64,000 bases of DNA from Eledone cirrhosa. Lineage: Eukaryota. This document shows, one piece after another, positions 29,422-43,007 of this stretch. Position 1 is the first letter of the stretch; each line of letters opens with the position of its first letter. A model generated the notes under the pieces. It saw only the letters and a list, made by a program, of their open reading frames with translations. It was not told the origin of the DNA and searched no databases. The position numbers were made by a program, and so were the translations under genes. The stretch lies in contig OZ024746.1 of NCBI GenBank assembly GCA_964016885.1, forward strand, positions 60,264,001-60,328,000, given 5' to 3'.

Positions 29422-30756
29422 GTGACAGATGAAACTGGTGAAATCTAAACTCATAATTCTGCTACTGTATGTGTGTGTATGTATATGTGTATACATGTGT
29501 GTGTGTTAGTGTTCTGTCTGTTTTAAACTGTCAGAGCCGCTGCTGCTGTCATATTCATTATAGAGGACCTCTTCCCCCTGCATATTTCACACCAAAGGTT
29601 ACCCACATTGACCCAGCATTTTTTCCACAACTTTATATTGTTACCCTTTCCTACACATATTTCACCTCCACAGATTGTCCTCCGCTACGCATACCTTCAT
29701 ATTTCAGCCATACAGGTTAACCACCACCACCACCACCACCTGCTGCTGGTACTATTTTTTTGTGCTGAGTTGACTGGAGCAACATGAAATAAAGCATCTT
29801 GCTCAAGGGTACATCACACTACCTGGTCTAGGAATCAAGCCCACAACCATGTGATTGTAAGCACTAGGCCGTGCAACTTCACTATCCAGGAAGAAAATGT
29901 AAGTCTCCTCCATTTAATACAGGTAAATTGGCAGGGTTAGAGTGTAGGACAAAATACCTTGCATTATTCATTTCGATACTCTACACTATGAGTTTAAATC
30001 CTGCTATGGTCAACTTTGTCATCTTAAATGAAGTAGCATTCTGGAGGTGGTGATTTGGTGAAATTGTTAGTTGGACAGGAAGCTTTGCAGTATCTGATCT
30101 GGTTCTATCAGCTCTAAGATGAAATCCTGCTTCCTTTTGCCAAGAGTGTGACTGGCAGATAGTGTCAGCAATGGAAGACCACTGAAAACACTTTCCTTGG
30201 TCCAATCTGATGATCACCATGAAACTGACCAAGGTTTACCATACCGAATAACTTTATCCTCTCCTCAAAATGTTTGTCAACTTCACTTCATTACCACTAT
30301 CATCTCCACTCATGTCTTTATAACCCCCAACCCACCCCAGCTCCCACTTCGATTCGCCTTCAGAATGTATTTTCTATATAACCTCTACTCAGGGATCATT
30401 TTACATGTTAAGCCCTACCTAGCCTGACCTATCATTTGAACCCTGTTCCTCTCATTTCATTGTCTTTGTATTGGCTCTTAACATCATCAGAACTCATCCT
30501 ACAACCACCACCACCACCTGCCCCCAACAACTTAACTCTTCTCTCACTAACCATTGAAGTTTCTGACCACTGAATGTTGAGTAGAGAAGGCCAGGTTTTC
30601 ATTTAACATTGTTAGGGCAATGAATGGGTGTTGGACAAAATACTTTGCAGTATTTGTTCTGCTCTTTACATTTTGAATTCAAATCTCAAGGTTAGCTTTA
30701 ACTTTCATTCTTCTGTGGTCGATAACATAAATTACCAGTAAAGTACTGGGGTCGAT

Positions 30757-31005
30757 TTAACCCTTTCATCATCATATTTCTAATGAAAGACACTGCTTAT
30801 TATTTTCAAAGCATTTTGAAAATAATCAAGAATTTGGAGTGGTTTTGTAATATATCTAACTTTCTTATTTAGTTGGTGTTTGGAACATAACTTAACAAAG
30901 GTCCTTACATAAAATTATGGTGGAAGGTTTTTAGATAAATATAAATAAACTTGAATATAAACATTTTTATATCACAAAACCAGTGGCAGTTTAACAAAAG
31001 GGTTA
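30757..31005. mobile_element. Second piggyBac-like MITE family. Related copies at 48812-49454, ~20708-20920, ~47110-47320, ~51700-51895
   Basis: TTAACCCTTT...AAAGGGTTAA termini. Confidence 0.7.
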
Positions 31006-31580
31006 ATCAACTAACATCTTAAATTTCTGGCCTTGTGCCTAAATTAGATGCCAGTAATACCTCTACTTTATAACACCCCCTCTATCTGTTGTACCCCTCT
31101 TTCCATCATCACCACAAATGACAGCAACAAAAACATCAGTAGGTTTCTTGGCTGTGTCAAGTTCATTTTTATGTACAAGAAAAACTTCTGGTTTTGTCAA
31201 AATAAAATAAAAATAAACTTTAGTGAATCAACTTCTGGCTTGTTTTGATGGTTTTTATTTATTTATTTTTTGTCTAATTATCTGTAAAGCTCCACCCACA
31301 ACCTTCGCAGTAGCCATGCTGACAAGACAATTGCACTCATCTACATTGTGTTCAAGCAATTTTGTTTACATTAAAAAACAATAATAATGACCCCGCCCCC
31401 TTGTTCACTTTGTTTAATTGCCTTTGGTCTGCTTAAGGGTCTACTGACTTGAGTATTTATGTATATGTCAATCTTATGTAACTGTCCTTCTAAATGTGTG
31501 TGTATGTGTCATCTCTAGAGATAGAAAAAATACAGGTTTTAAAAATGTTAGAAATACCATCACCAAAAGTTTGGATTAGA

Positions 31581-31930
31581 CATCATCATCATCATCTTTG
31601 TTTAATGTCTAGCATGGGTTAGACGGGAGTTGTCCCACTTGAGGCAAGGTAGGTCGGGTGACCGTGTCTCGCTCATATAGGACTATCTGGCAGGTTTTCT
31701 ACGGCTGGATGCCCTTCCTAGCACCAACCACATTTACAGTGTGGAACTGGGAACTTTTTACCGTGTTACCTACACGGTCACATTACAGCGTGGACTTTTT
31801 TTTTTTTTTTGTCGTGACACCTACACGATCTCGATCATCTCATTTATTTGGACTGGATATTGTGGTACCAACGTTACAGAGAGAGGGTGGTGTTTGTAGG
31901 AGTGGGAGGGTAGGGGTAGTGGATTGGGGT
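31581..31930 (-). mobile_element. RTE-tail short element. Many copies, e.g. 20005, 25190, 37440, 38131, 39511, 41480, 43263, 47910, 54700, 55870
   Basis: (CAT)n start plus ccatgctagcatgggttagac and ctggatgcccttcctaacaccaac motifs. Confidence 0.75.
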
Positions 31931-32039
31931 GTATATTTGGTTAAATATACTATCTACATGTATATACATGTAGATAATGTTTAAATTTGTATCTCTAGAG
32001 TGCTAACAGGCATGTTTGAGTTGAGAGAATACCTTGATG

Positions 32040-33230
32040 TATGGCCACAGCATTCTTAGGGAAGAAACGGTAAAATGGTTCTCACCTTACTCTTTTAACT
32101 CAAAGACCTGCTTCTGCTGGCAGATAAAACTTGAGGGACTGGTGGACACTTGAATATAATGAAGATCAGGGCAACTCCAGAAAAAGATGTTCATGTCTTA
32201 GGAGACTAAAATACCAAAGGGTGCATATAACCAATGAGCAGGGACTGATACAATTTGAGATTGGAGAAAGCAACGATCATAGATGCCAACACTCCATTGC
32301 CACACAGGACGTCATAGAGAACATGGCACTAAATTGACTTCATCTCCTCACACCTCAAAAATCCAATATGAACAAGTCTAGGACCTTCCCTGGTGCAGAT
32401 GTCAAACAATCATTTTGGAGGTTGGATGACACTGAAGTTCAAGCTCAAAAAGATCCATAAGAAAAGAACTACCTGTATCTGATTTAATCTAAATAAACTA
32501 AAAGCTTCCATGGTTCCAGCAATGTTTGAAACCAAGTAGATGATGTAAACTCTCTGGCTGACAACTTGAAGGAAGCACTTCTTGTGACTCTAGGAGTGGA
32601 AGGAAATAACCATGGTCCACTAATGACATCTAGGACCTATGTGATGAGACCTGAAGAATAATAAAGGATAACTTCAAATACCTAGGGTCTACTTTGACCA
32701 AGGATGGCAGCTCACTAAAAGAGATAAAGACAAGACTCTGCGTGGTCTCTTCTGACATGACAAAGCAACTTCAGTTTTCCAATGAATCTCAAGTTGTACA
32801 AATCCTTAGTGAATCCACTCTGAATGGATTCTTATAGCCAACATAAAACAAGGAATCAGGTGTTTGAATACAAGAGCTTCAGAAGGCTGCTACACATTCT
32901 GTACATAATGCACAAGCAAATTTTCAGGCAACAAGTCTACAAATATGCTGGCAAGCAGGGTCCCTCCTTGTGATAGTTAATAGATGGAAGCTTGTCTGGA
33001 ATGGTCTCGTGTCCCCACATGACTACAGGGCACTGGTGAGGGAGGGCAAAAAAAGAAAATCCTGGTCTGACAACATCAGTGACTGGACAGATCATAACAC
33101 CATAATTCTTCTGTGCATGGCAGAGAAGAAAAAACGATGCAAAAGTGTCTGGAGAGGCACTCCAACAACTAGCTGTACTAATTATGGGAAGTTGATTGAT
33201 ATGAAGTGCTGACACGACACATTGAAATCA
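32040..33230 (+). mobile_element. Highly degenerate RTE-like LINE remnant
   Basis: FKYLGS, LKLYKSLV and W.GLVS.H-like fragments with many disruptions. Confidence 0.6.
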
Positions 33231-34659
33231 AACATTATGTGTATGTGGCTATCCTTGAGATAGAAAAAAATTAGTTTTAAAAATATTGTTCAAATCAAAC
33301 ATTTTCGTAACTCGAGATATATTAAAAAAAAATACTCCCTATGTCTTAGAGAATTTATTCATAAAAAATTATATACAGTGTGTCCCAAAAAATGTAAACG
33401 CACTTAAACAGCATTTTTATAAATATTACCTGTACAGGTAATTAAGGTGTGTATACATTTAAATCTAAGTTTTAAAATAAAAATAGCTTTATATGGGATA
33501 TTTTTTTTACATGTTTGTGTACATGTATGTGGTCCCATGGGTAGTTAGGTGTACTATGGATGAGGAGATAAGGTTTCAATCCCTGCAAAAGTTGTTTTTT
33601 CTTATACAATTAAAGAAAAAAGAATTAAAGTGTTACTTTCCTCCTGAACTTGAACTTCAACCACCTAGTTACCCCACTCCCTCTTATACCTTCACTTTAC
33701 AAAACACCTGCAAAGCTGCAATACTACTGTGAAAAAATAACATTTAACCCTTTAACATTCACATTACTCTATATATACTATCATACTAATATCGAATCTA
33801 AGAGATTTTGAAAGTATTTATTTTGAGAACAATAACTTAACATCAGTTTGAGCGACCAGTTACAGCCAGTTTCAACAGAAAGAGGTAGAGAAATCTGGCC
33901 GGTTTGAACATTAAAGGGTTAAGTCTACCTTCTTTATTATTTATGTCTTATTTTAACAAAATAGGATTTATAGGTGTGAAAGTGATACAAGGTGTTGAGG
34001 GTCCCAACCATGTTATTTTAAAATATTTTTGTTTTGTTTTCATTTAACCCTTTGGCATTTAAACTGGACGTATCCGGCCAGAATTCTCTCACCTCTTTTT
34101 GTTCAAACCAGCCGCTCATACTGATGTTAAGGTATTGTTCTTAAAATAAATATCAAAATTTCATAAATTCCATATGTGAGATAATTATGTGAAGTAAAGC
34201 TTTACTGTGAAAATACAATAGTATATATAGAGTAATGTAAATGCTAAAGGGTTAAACAAAATTATTATATTTGACTTCAGTGATTTAAAAAAAAATTCTA
34301 TTTCAGCACCTCATACGTTCAGCCAGAGTTTGAAACCTCGTCTATATCATCTTGTAAATATATTATTTCTTACTTTAGTGATACAAAAAAATTTCACCAC
34401 TTGGTAAGTTTTTGTAGAGAATGAAACCCTGTCTAGAGATTAGTTTAAATATATTATTTTTCACTAAAGTGAAATTTAAAAAAAAAATTATTTCACCACT
34501 TGCTATGTTATCTACGCACTCGCGCACACACACCATTATGTACAAATACTGGCATACATGAGTGATAGGTATGCTAAAAATTGCAAAATGTCCATAAAAG
34601 CAAACTCAACTAAATTTGTAAAAAAATAACACATTTGATAACCAGGTCCTTCATTCTCT

Positions 34660-34985
34660 GCATAGTAAAGACCCCCTTCAGTCCCAAATGACCATAGGAT
34701 CTGCACCTAGAAAGTTCCCCCCTGTGGCACAAGTCCAGGCAAGATTGTTTGTGGAAGACCAGCAGTTGCCTATGCATACCAGTCTCCCCTCTCCATGCCA
34801 CCAATGCTGTCAAAGGGAAAGACAAAAGCCGATACAGCTTGACACCAGAGATGTCCCAACTTATTTCTACAGTTGAGTAAACTGGGGCAATGTGAAGTTA
34901 AAGTGTCTTGCTCAAGAACATAACACAAAGCCCGATCCGAGAATTGAACTTACAACTCAATGATTGTAAGCCCGACGTTCTAACC
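34660..34985 (-). mobile_element. tRNA-derived SINE of a second family. Related at 53085-53190(+) and 29770-29880(-)
   Basis: tRNA-like head (GTTCAATTC) plus gtgttcttgagcaagacactt core. Confidence 0.65.
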
Positions 34986-35139
34986 CAGTGGTTCTCAATC
35001 TTTTTTTGCCAACGGCACACCTTGGAACACATGAAAAAATAACGGCACACCTGGCTAAATATATATGAAAAATATTTGAATTTTACAAAATAAAAACATG
35101 GTGAAAATAAAATTTCACGGCTCTGGTTGAAAATCACTG
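34986..35139. mobile_element. hAT (Charlie-like) MITE
   Basis: TIRs CAGTGGTTCTCAA / TTGAAAATCACTG. 8-bp TSD-like ttctaacc / ctctaaac. Confidence 0.75.
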
Positions 35140-36287
35140 CTCTAAACACCTATGCATATGATAAAAAGACAAGATAGTCACAGTTGGATTGTCTTTGATC
35201 AGATTTGTTCTGGGGCTAATCAACAACAACCACACATACAAATTAGGGAAAAAAATTATTTATTTTAACATTAAAATGTTTCAAAATAGATATTTTTTTT
35301 TTTTAAATAAAATTTTGAAATCAACAAAACTACCCTCCTCCTATTATTACATTTTTAGTGTTAATAAAGGGGTGGGGAGTTAGTTTTAAATGGGAAATAA
35401 AAATACACATGCAAACATACATATATACAGTGATACCTTGCAGTTTGAATTTAATTTGTTCCATGACCGAGCTTGTTTTACAAATTAATTTTCCCCATTG
35501 AAATTAATTAAAATATAAATAATCTGTTCCAGCCCCCCAAAACCACTAAAAAAATAATTTTTTATGGGTTTTAAAACAGAAAAAGTGCAGTTACAAGGAA
35601 AATGACAATTATAAAAACAATAAAAGAGAATGCAAAACAAATAAGTAAACTGGTTTTATTAATTGTATGAAATTCACTTGTACTGCAGATTTCCACTCAT
35701 ACTACAAGACAAAAATTTGCATGAGCCTCAGCTCTTACAGCAAATTACTTGTACAATGGGGCACTCATACTACAAGGTTCTATTATATATATATATATAT
35801 ACAGGTTGTTGCCCAGTTTTCCTTAAGACATACACGCGGTTTTTTTTCTGCACCTATTGACAGACTTGCACTTAAACTTCCTGTTTTCAATCAAAACTTA
35901 TTAGTGTGGTCACAGCTCTCTCTCTACCTTACACACACATGCAATCTCTCTCTCAATAATAATAACAAACTGTTTTTTTTTTCTTTAAACAAACTAATTC
36001 TATCTATCTTTTACACACATACTCTTTCTATATTGCTCTCTCAATAACATGTCATAGTGAAAGTCATTTTTTAAATCTGTGTTTATATGTTAGAGGATGT
36101 ACAGAAATACACATACACAAACAAGCGCCCCAAAAACTCTATTCTTTTTGTTCATTTCCACGTTACATTAAGTTAAGTTAGTTAGAGAAGGAAATTTCTC
36201 TCTTTATATATAGAGAGCGTGATGGACGGACTGATAAACATGGTTCTTGTTATAATATAGATTATAAATAAATATATATATATATAT

Positions 36288-37340
36288 CATCATCACCATT
36301 TTACGTCTATTTTCCATGCTTGCATGGGTTAGATAAGTTGTCACATTCTGGAGCTAGGCAGGTTAGATGACTGCACAGTTTCTAGGACAGGATTCTTGTA
36401 TGGGCAGGCAAGACTTCTGTGATGTGACATATTGCCACACCTCAATCCTGTGTCATGTTTTTCATGATGTCAGATTTGACCACATCATCTCAAGTTTTCC
36501 TAAGTCTACCTCTTCCACAGTTTCCATCAACTTTGAGTGTCCTGCATGTTTTATGCAACTGTCATCCATCACTCTTGTGCGCTGCATCTAATCCCTTTTC
36601 TACACAGCTTTTCTCTCAGTTCATTAATGCTTTCTTTCATGCACACTTCTATTACACAGCTTTTGGAGCACGTTCATTTCTTTTCCATTTTAACAGATCC
36701 TCTGTATTCAAGGCCCAAGTCTCACATCCAGGTTGCATCACAGTTCTCACACAAGCATCATATAATCTGCCTTTTGTCCTAAGAGAGAAACCCTTTGTAG
36801 TCAGTAGAAGTAATAGCATTTGTTAGTGCCTGTTTCATGTGAGCACTTGGTGCTTTCTATTCCTGCACATCTACATAAATAGCTTACATGCTCTGTTGGC
36901 CTGCCTGAGATCCCACTACATCTCTTGTGTACCCATAGTTTACATTTTGTACACTGTATGTAATAATTCCATCCAGTATTACCCGATTTATTATGTGTGG
37001 ACTACCATCTTGGATGCTTTTAGCAAATATCCCTGATGATCCAGCTGTTTTGCCTGTCTTCATATCATTAATTGCCTTACCATACTGTTGCTAACTTGGA
37101 TGGCTGGTTCCTCTGTAGGCCTTCCTTCTCCCATATATCTTCTTCATTCATTAGTCACTCATAATGGTACTTTCGTGCTTCTTTCTTCTCCATATTGGAG
37201 AGGAAAAGCATGCTACTGTCATTCCAAACAAACTTTTCCCCGACACACTGCCTTGCAATCCAGAATACCTCAAGCCTTTGATCCTTAAGGCATAGAACAT
37301 GTGCAGACTTCTTACTTTCCGCTTCCTGTCTTGCAGAATG
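36288..37340 (-). mobile_element. Degenerate, internally deleted RTE LINE
   Basis: [25 protein letters not shown] and DMKTGKTAGSSGI fragments. Confidence 0.8.
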
Positions 37341-38364
37341 TACCTGACCCCCCCCCCCCCTCTCTTTATATATATATATATATCAAAGGTTACCATTTAT
37401 TTTCTTGCATTTATTGCTGTTCAAAATAATGAATATTCTGTTTAACATCCATTTTTTTTTTTTTTTCATGCTAACATGGGTTAGACGAGTTGTCCTGTAA
37501 TGAGATAGGCCAGATCAGGTGAACATGTCTTGCTCATACAGAACTGGTTTTGGCTTGATTTTTACAACTGGATGCCCTTCCTAACACCAACTACATTTAC
37601 AGTGTGTGTTGGGTGGTTTTTGTTGTGACATGTTTATATATCATCAGTTTTAAATCGATGCTGGCATGGGACTTATTGCAAAATATCCTTTCTGTTGAAG
37701 CTCAGGTTAGGCTGTACAGTTCTTCAGTACATGCATACAAATATCTAAGTTGTGCATACTGCGCAACTGTCATTTTAAATATACTTCTCCCTAACATTGC
37801 CACAAACATTTTTAGTTGCTTCTTATGACATACAGATCTGGAGGGTTTCCACCACAAATTAGTCATCATCAACAATTTTATTATTTTATTCGTCATTACT
37901 GTAAGATGAATAAAAGGTTAAACTGTTATTTGCTTTTGTTTTTTGTCATTTATATAAAATATAGTATGTAGTTTTAAATGTATCTATATTTACGGTTATG
38001 TAGGGTACAAAAACTTGTAATCCTTTGCAAAAGGTTTAAATGTTTACATTGTACAAGTAATCATTTATCTGTTACATCACTCTTCGTAAAAGGAATTGTA
38101 ATAAAAAAAATATATGATGGTGTGTGTATGTATCATCATCATTTTACGTCCACTTTTCCCTGCTTGCAAGGGTGGGACGGGAATTGATTCTGGCTTGATT
38201 TCTACAGCTGGATGCCCTTCCTAACACCAACCTCATTTACAGTGAGTGCTGGGTGTTTTTTTTGCCGTGGCACCTACACGACCACTTTGCAGTGGATTGA
38301 TAGGGACGCCAGTCCCTATCATCTCATTTCTACAGCTGAGTAAACTGTATGTGTATATATATAT

Positions 38365-39010
38365 TGTGTTGTCAGGTCACTCTTGGGTGCTACTGGTAAC
38401 ATGTAAACCAGTACAACCTGTTCCATGGTCTGGGTGTCGGCGACTAAGCCTTTCCGCTACCTCTGATATTCCCAGAGACTGAAAGTTGTTTCATGTGATT
38501 GTTGCAGATTGGCCCACAAAATCTCTGGCTTCAACCTCTATGATGAGAACTTTGACTCGGAAGTCAGTTTCCCCTCATGTGGTTGGCCAAACTGGCGTAC
38601 TTTTCAGTCATGAATACACGTTTCTTTTAATCTACTTTCAAATGGCATGGTAAGTTCAGTCAAAATCAGCTGTTTTGATGAACTTGAATGGAGTACAATA
38701 TCCAACATGAAACCACTTTTTCTGATGATTTCTGGTTGTTTTGCTGATCCTGGGAAGACTTGATTCCCGTGCCTTGTATAGCATAGCTGATTTTGGCCAT
38801 GATTTGCTGCCTCCTGCCATATAGTATGTTGTTGGAGATTATCACATGTACAGTCTCCTTCAGCACTTGATTGTGTCTCCATGTGTATCAACCCTGTCTA
38901 GTGTTACTCAGTATGAGCTCCACTGTCTACCCTAGCAGAGTGGGCACTTAGGGTTATCTGATTTGCCCCACTTAACTACATTCATATTTGAGGGCAGAAG
39001 AAGATCATTG
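38365..39010 (-). mobile_element. Remnant of an RLE (restriction-like endonuclease) non-LTR retrotransposon
   Basis: YTRH.NQV and DIVL.S...KQLILTELTMPFE motifs. Confidence 0.6.
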
Positions 39011-42000
39011 ACTTATAAATATATAATAATAATAATAATGAAATTATTGTGTAAAGTGCATGTGTATATATATATATGCATCTACATTTACATATATATG
39101 TAAATCAGGATGGATTCAATTTGAAACTGGTTAGACCATTACTCAACTACGTACTCAATACTTGAGGTAGTAGAGTATGGTTATATTATAAAGAGTCAGG
39201 GTCCCGACTCTTTATAATATATATATTAGAGAGAGCGCACACATCTTACTATATTTCTTGATTAATTAGCAACATGAATGCTAATTATATGCAAATTAGT
39301 ATATTCATTTCAGAATTATACTAAGAGTGAATGGGTATCTATACCCATCCTATACATTTTTCCTTCTTGTTGATTGAATAATATACACGTCTTTCAATAA
39401 GATTGGAAAATTGATTAAAGATCTATATCCTGGCATGTTTATACATGTTGGTGCAGTCACGGTTACACTGTATGTATATGTATGTATATATATATACACA
39501 TATATATATATCATCATCATTGTTTAATGTTCATTTTTCCACACTAACATGGGTTAGACTAGTTGTCCTATTGTGAGACAAGTCAGATCAGATGACTGTG
39601 TCTTGCTCATGCAGAACTGTGTCTGGCCTTGGTTCCTGTAACTGGATGCCCTTCCTAATGCCAACTACATTTACATTCACACACATTTTATATATATATA
39701 TGTTATTTATAATTGTTTTCCTGTATTCATTTATAAATATATTCTCTTTCTCAACAGAAATAGGAAACTTTTTAGGTAAGGGGCAATAAATAACCTATTT
39801 TAACAAGCACATACACATCATAATCAGCAAGAAGCCGTTTTTAATGTTGAAATGAAGTAATGCTAGTGCCATGATAAAATGCAACCATCCTACTCTGTAA
39901 AGTAGTAGTGTTGGTGTTATGACAGAAAGCACTCAGTCCACACTGTAAGGTAATAATGCTGGTACCATGACAAAAAAGACCCAGTTCACCCTGTAAGGTG
40001 GTAGTGCTGCTGCCATGATAAAAAGTTCCCAATACACATTGTAAAGTGACTGGTGTTAGGGAGGATGCTCTCTGTAGAAACCAAACTAAAATGGAACATA
40101 TCTGCAGAACATGGTTACCTGACTAGTCTACCCTCAGAACATTATAGCCTGTATAACTCAAGCAAGCATGGAAAATATATGTTAAACTGATGATGATGCC
40201 TTCTGTCTAAAACTGGGGTGATGGGTCCTTTTAGTACCAGAAACATCTATGCTGGGAAATATAATGAATTTTTAGTTTTATAAATTCATAAGTATGCAAC
40301 TTAAATATTTTTCAGAGACTTCATTAGTTGATGGTTTCAAATGTCATTCATAAGCTTCTTCACTCCTGAAGTGTCTACATTGTTAACTAAATACTGCTTA
40401 GACTTTGATATTCAGTTAGTTGATACAGTAAATTGACATCTCATTTTCAAAGTTTAAGTGAGAAGTTCTCTGCAGAATTAAACATTTGGCATAATTATAT
40501 TCAAAGATTAGTTTCAATGGTCCAACAGTACCACTATTGATAATATCAAGTCTCCAACCCAAACCAAATGCCCCAGCAAGGTAGAACATATGTATAGGCA
40601 TAAAGTCATTTGAAATGTTTCCCATGACATTGGTTACAAAGAATTTTATAACCTAAACTTTGGAGTAACTAGCACAACATTGATAGCCAAGGTGATCATA
40701 ACAATCCACATTGGTTTGATATGCTAGGCAAAGCTTAGTAAGCAGATTTCTTTCTCTCTACAAATTAGGCATAGAAAGGAAAATGTATTTTTCTTGTCAA
40801 CATCAGATTCTATTTCAAATTTAAGCAAATTGACTCTATACAGGATTCAAAACCTAAATCCCATAGACTGTGTTATAAAATATCTAGTCTGATACACACA
40901 TACATACACACACACACATTTATATGTAACTAAACATTTGTAAGCATAACAATGTGTTTAAATGTCATAAATTATAAAACTATAATTTGCAGTTGTATTT
41001 AAGAAGCAGCACAAACGATTTCATAACAGATTAAGTGCATGTGATACCACCTGAGAAAAGTCAGCTAATACTTCTGAAATTACTTTACATCAAGTTAATA
41101 ATAGGTGACAGCAGGGAATATAATTATTCAGTCAATGTTTTGTTTTTAATTCCTTTTATTTCTAAAAACTGGAAATCTAGTAATATCTTACTTTGTATTT
41201 CAATTTGATTTTAATTAAGCTTAATTTGTGATTTCACGATACCTTTGAATTTTAATGTGTAGTATAAGATTATCTCTCAAAATTGCATCTCTAGTTAAGA
41301 TTTGGTTAAAAAAAAAGAACCAAGGAATGCTGTTTCATTTAATATTACATTATAAGGAATATATGAGTTCTGATTTATCTGTTGCACTTTTTACAAAATT
41401 CTTTATAAATGGCTGAGAGTTTCCTAATAGTTATTGTGAGGACTGAAATGTAAATTTTGTTTTTACTTCCAGTTTTAAACTGATCTACATGATAAACACA
41501 CCCAGTACACACTGTAAAGTGGTTGGTGATAGGAAGGGCATCCAGCCATAGAAAGCTTGTCAAACAGAGTGTTGGAAGAACTCTTTTGTTATGACAAGGA
41601 CATGCTAGCCTCCCTAATGCTGGTTATCTACACAATAAAAGCACCCAGTACACACTGTAAAGTGGTTGGTGTTAGGAAGAGCATTCAGCCATAGAAACCT
41701 TGCCAAACAAAGGGTTAGAAGGACCCTTTAGTTTGAGTCAAAAGACACAACTTTTTTTCTCTGCACTCGATATGACCGTATGTAAGCAGGATACAGACCC
41801 CTCTGCCTCTCTGGGAGGTCAGTAACCCCTGTTTCTGTACTGACTTGATCTATATAGACCCATCCAACCCTTGCTAGCAGGGAAATCGGACATTGAGTAA
41901 TGATGATGATGTTATCATCATCATTTTACGTCCGCTTTTTCCTGCTTGAAAGGGTGGGATGGGTCCTATTCAGCACAGCATCTCTCCACTTGTCACGGTC

Positions 42001-42659
42001 CTTCGTCATCTCATCCATGAGCTTCAGCGATCTGAGGTCTGCTCTCACCACTTCCGCCCATGTTTTTTGTGATTATATATATTGATATAAATAGATGTTA
42101 GTACTATAATATTAGTTTGGTGGTGAAAAATGAAGTAGTAGGGATGTTATATGAATCCTTTTGAACAACATCCAGCCTTTCACTCAAGGGTGAAATGATA
42201 GGGTTGATATATCTCCACCCTCATACATTCTCCACTCAAAGGTCAGCTGGAATCAAGATTAAAAGACAATAGTTTATTAAAATTAGTAATATTGATTAAA
42301 TATAAAATAATAACAAATAATGGTAACAATAATGATAATATTTCCATAATTATAATAATAGTTTGTTTTTTTTTAAACAAACGATCAGCATATGTTCAGT
42401 TGAATTGTTGTTGCTGGATGGGCAGGGATGGAAGAGTATTAAGTTGATAGTGGTGGTTGGTAGTAGTGGGAGTAGTAGTAGCGTTTGGTGGTTATATTGG
42501 TAGTGGTGTACATGTTTGTATGTAGGTGCGTATGTATGTATGTATAAGACAGACAGGATGTGTGTATATGAGAGAGAGAGATAGACAAGCAGAAAGAGAG
42601 AGAAAGATGGCTAGTTGATAGAATAATGGCAAAAGTTAAATAGTATGAGTGAGTGAGAG

Positions 42660-42930
42660 CAGTGTTACTACTCCAAGCCCATCACTTAGTTGATTCCCTG
42701 TACAACAATTCAGAGATAGAGAAGAGAATGTGTGGGTGCAGTGTGTTACTCCAAACCCATTTCTAAGTTGTAACTTTGTACAACAAAACAGAGAGAGAAG
42801 AGAGTGTGTTATTCCAAGCCAACCACCCAGTTGATATCCTGTACAACAACACAGAGATTGAGAAGCGTGAGTGTGAGTGCAGTGTCCTACTCCAAACCCA
42901 TCACCCAGTTGATACCCTGTACAACAACTA
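42660..42930 (-). repeat. Four tandem copies (the real one plus three) of the RNF121 terminal codons and stop
   Basis: Stops at 42887, 42809, 42746 and 42668 (spacing 78, 63, 78 nt). Confidence 0.92.
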
Positions 42931-43007
42931 TTATTACTGGTTGCCATACAATCATATACCGGATCCAATCCAGGAGGCTTCCAAACAAAATGTGAGGTTT
43001 TTCCCAG
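42887..43007 (-). CDS. RNF121: RNF121/RNF175 last coding exon (WEKPHILFGSLLDWIRYMIVWQPVIIVVVQGINWVMGLE*)
   Basis: Strong match to the RNF121 C-terminus. U12 branch-like TCCTTAAT upstream. Confidence 0.93.
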
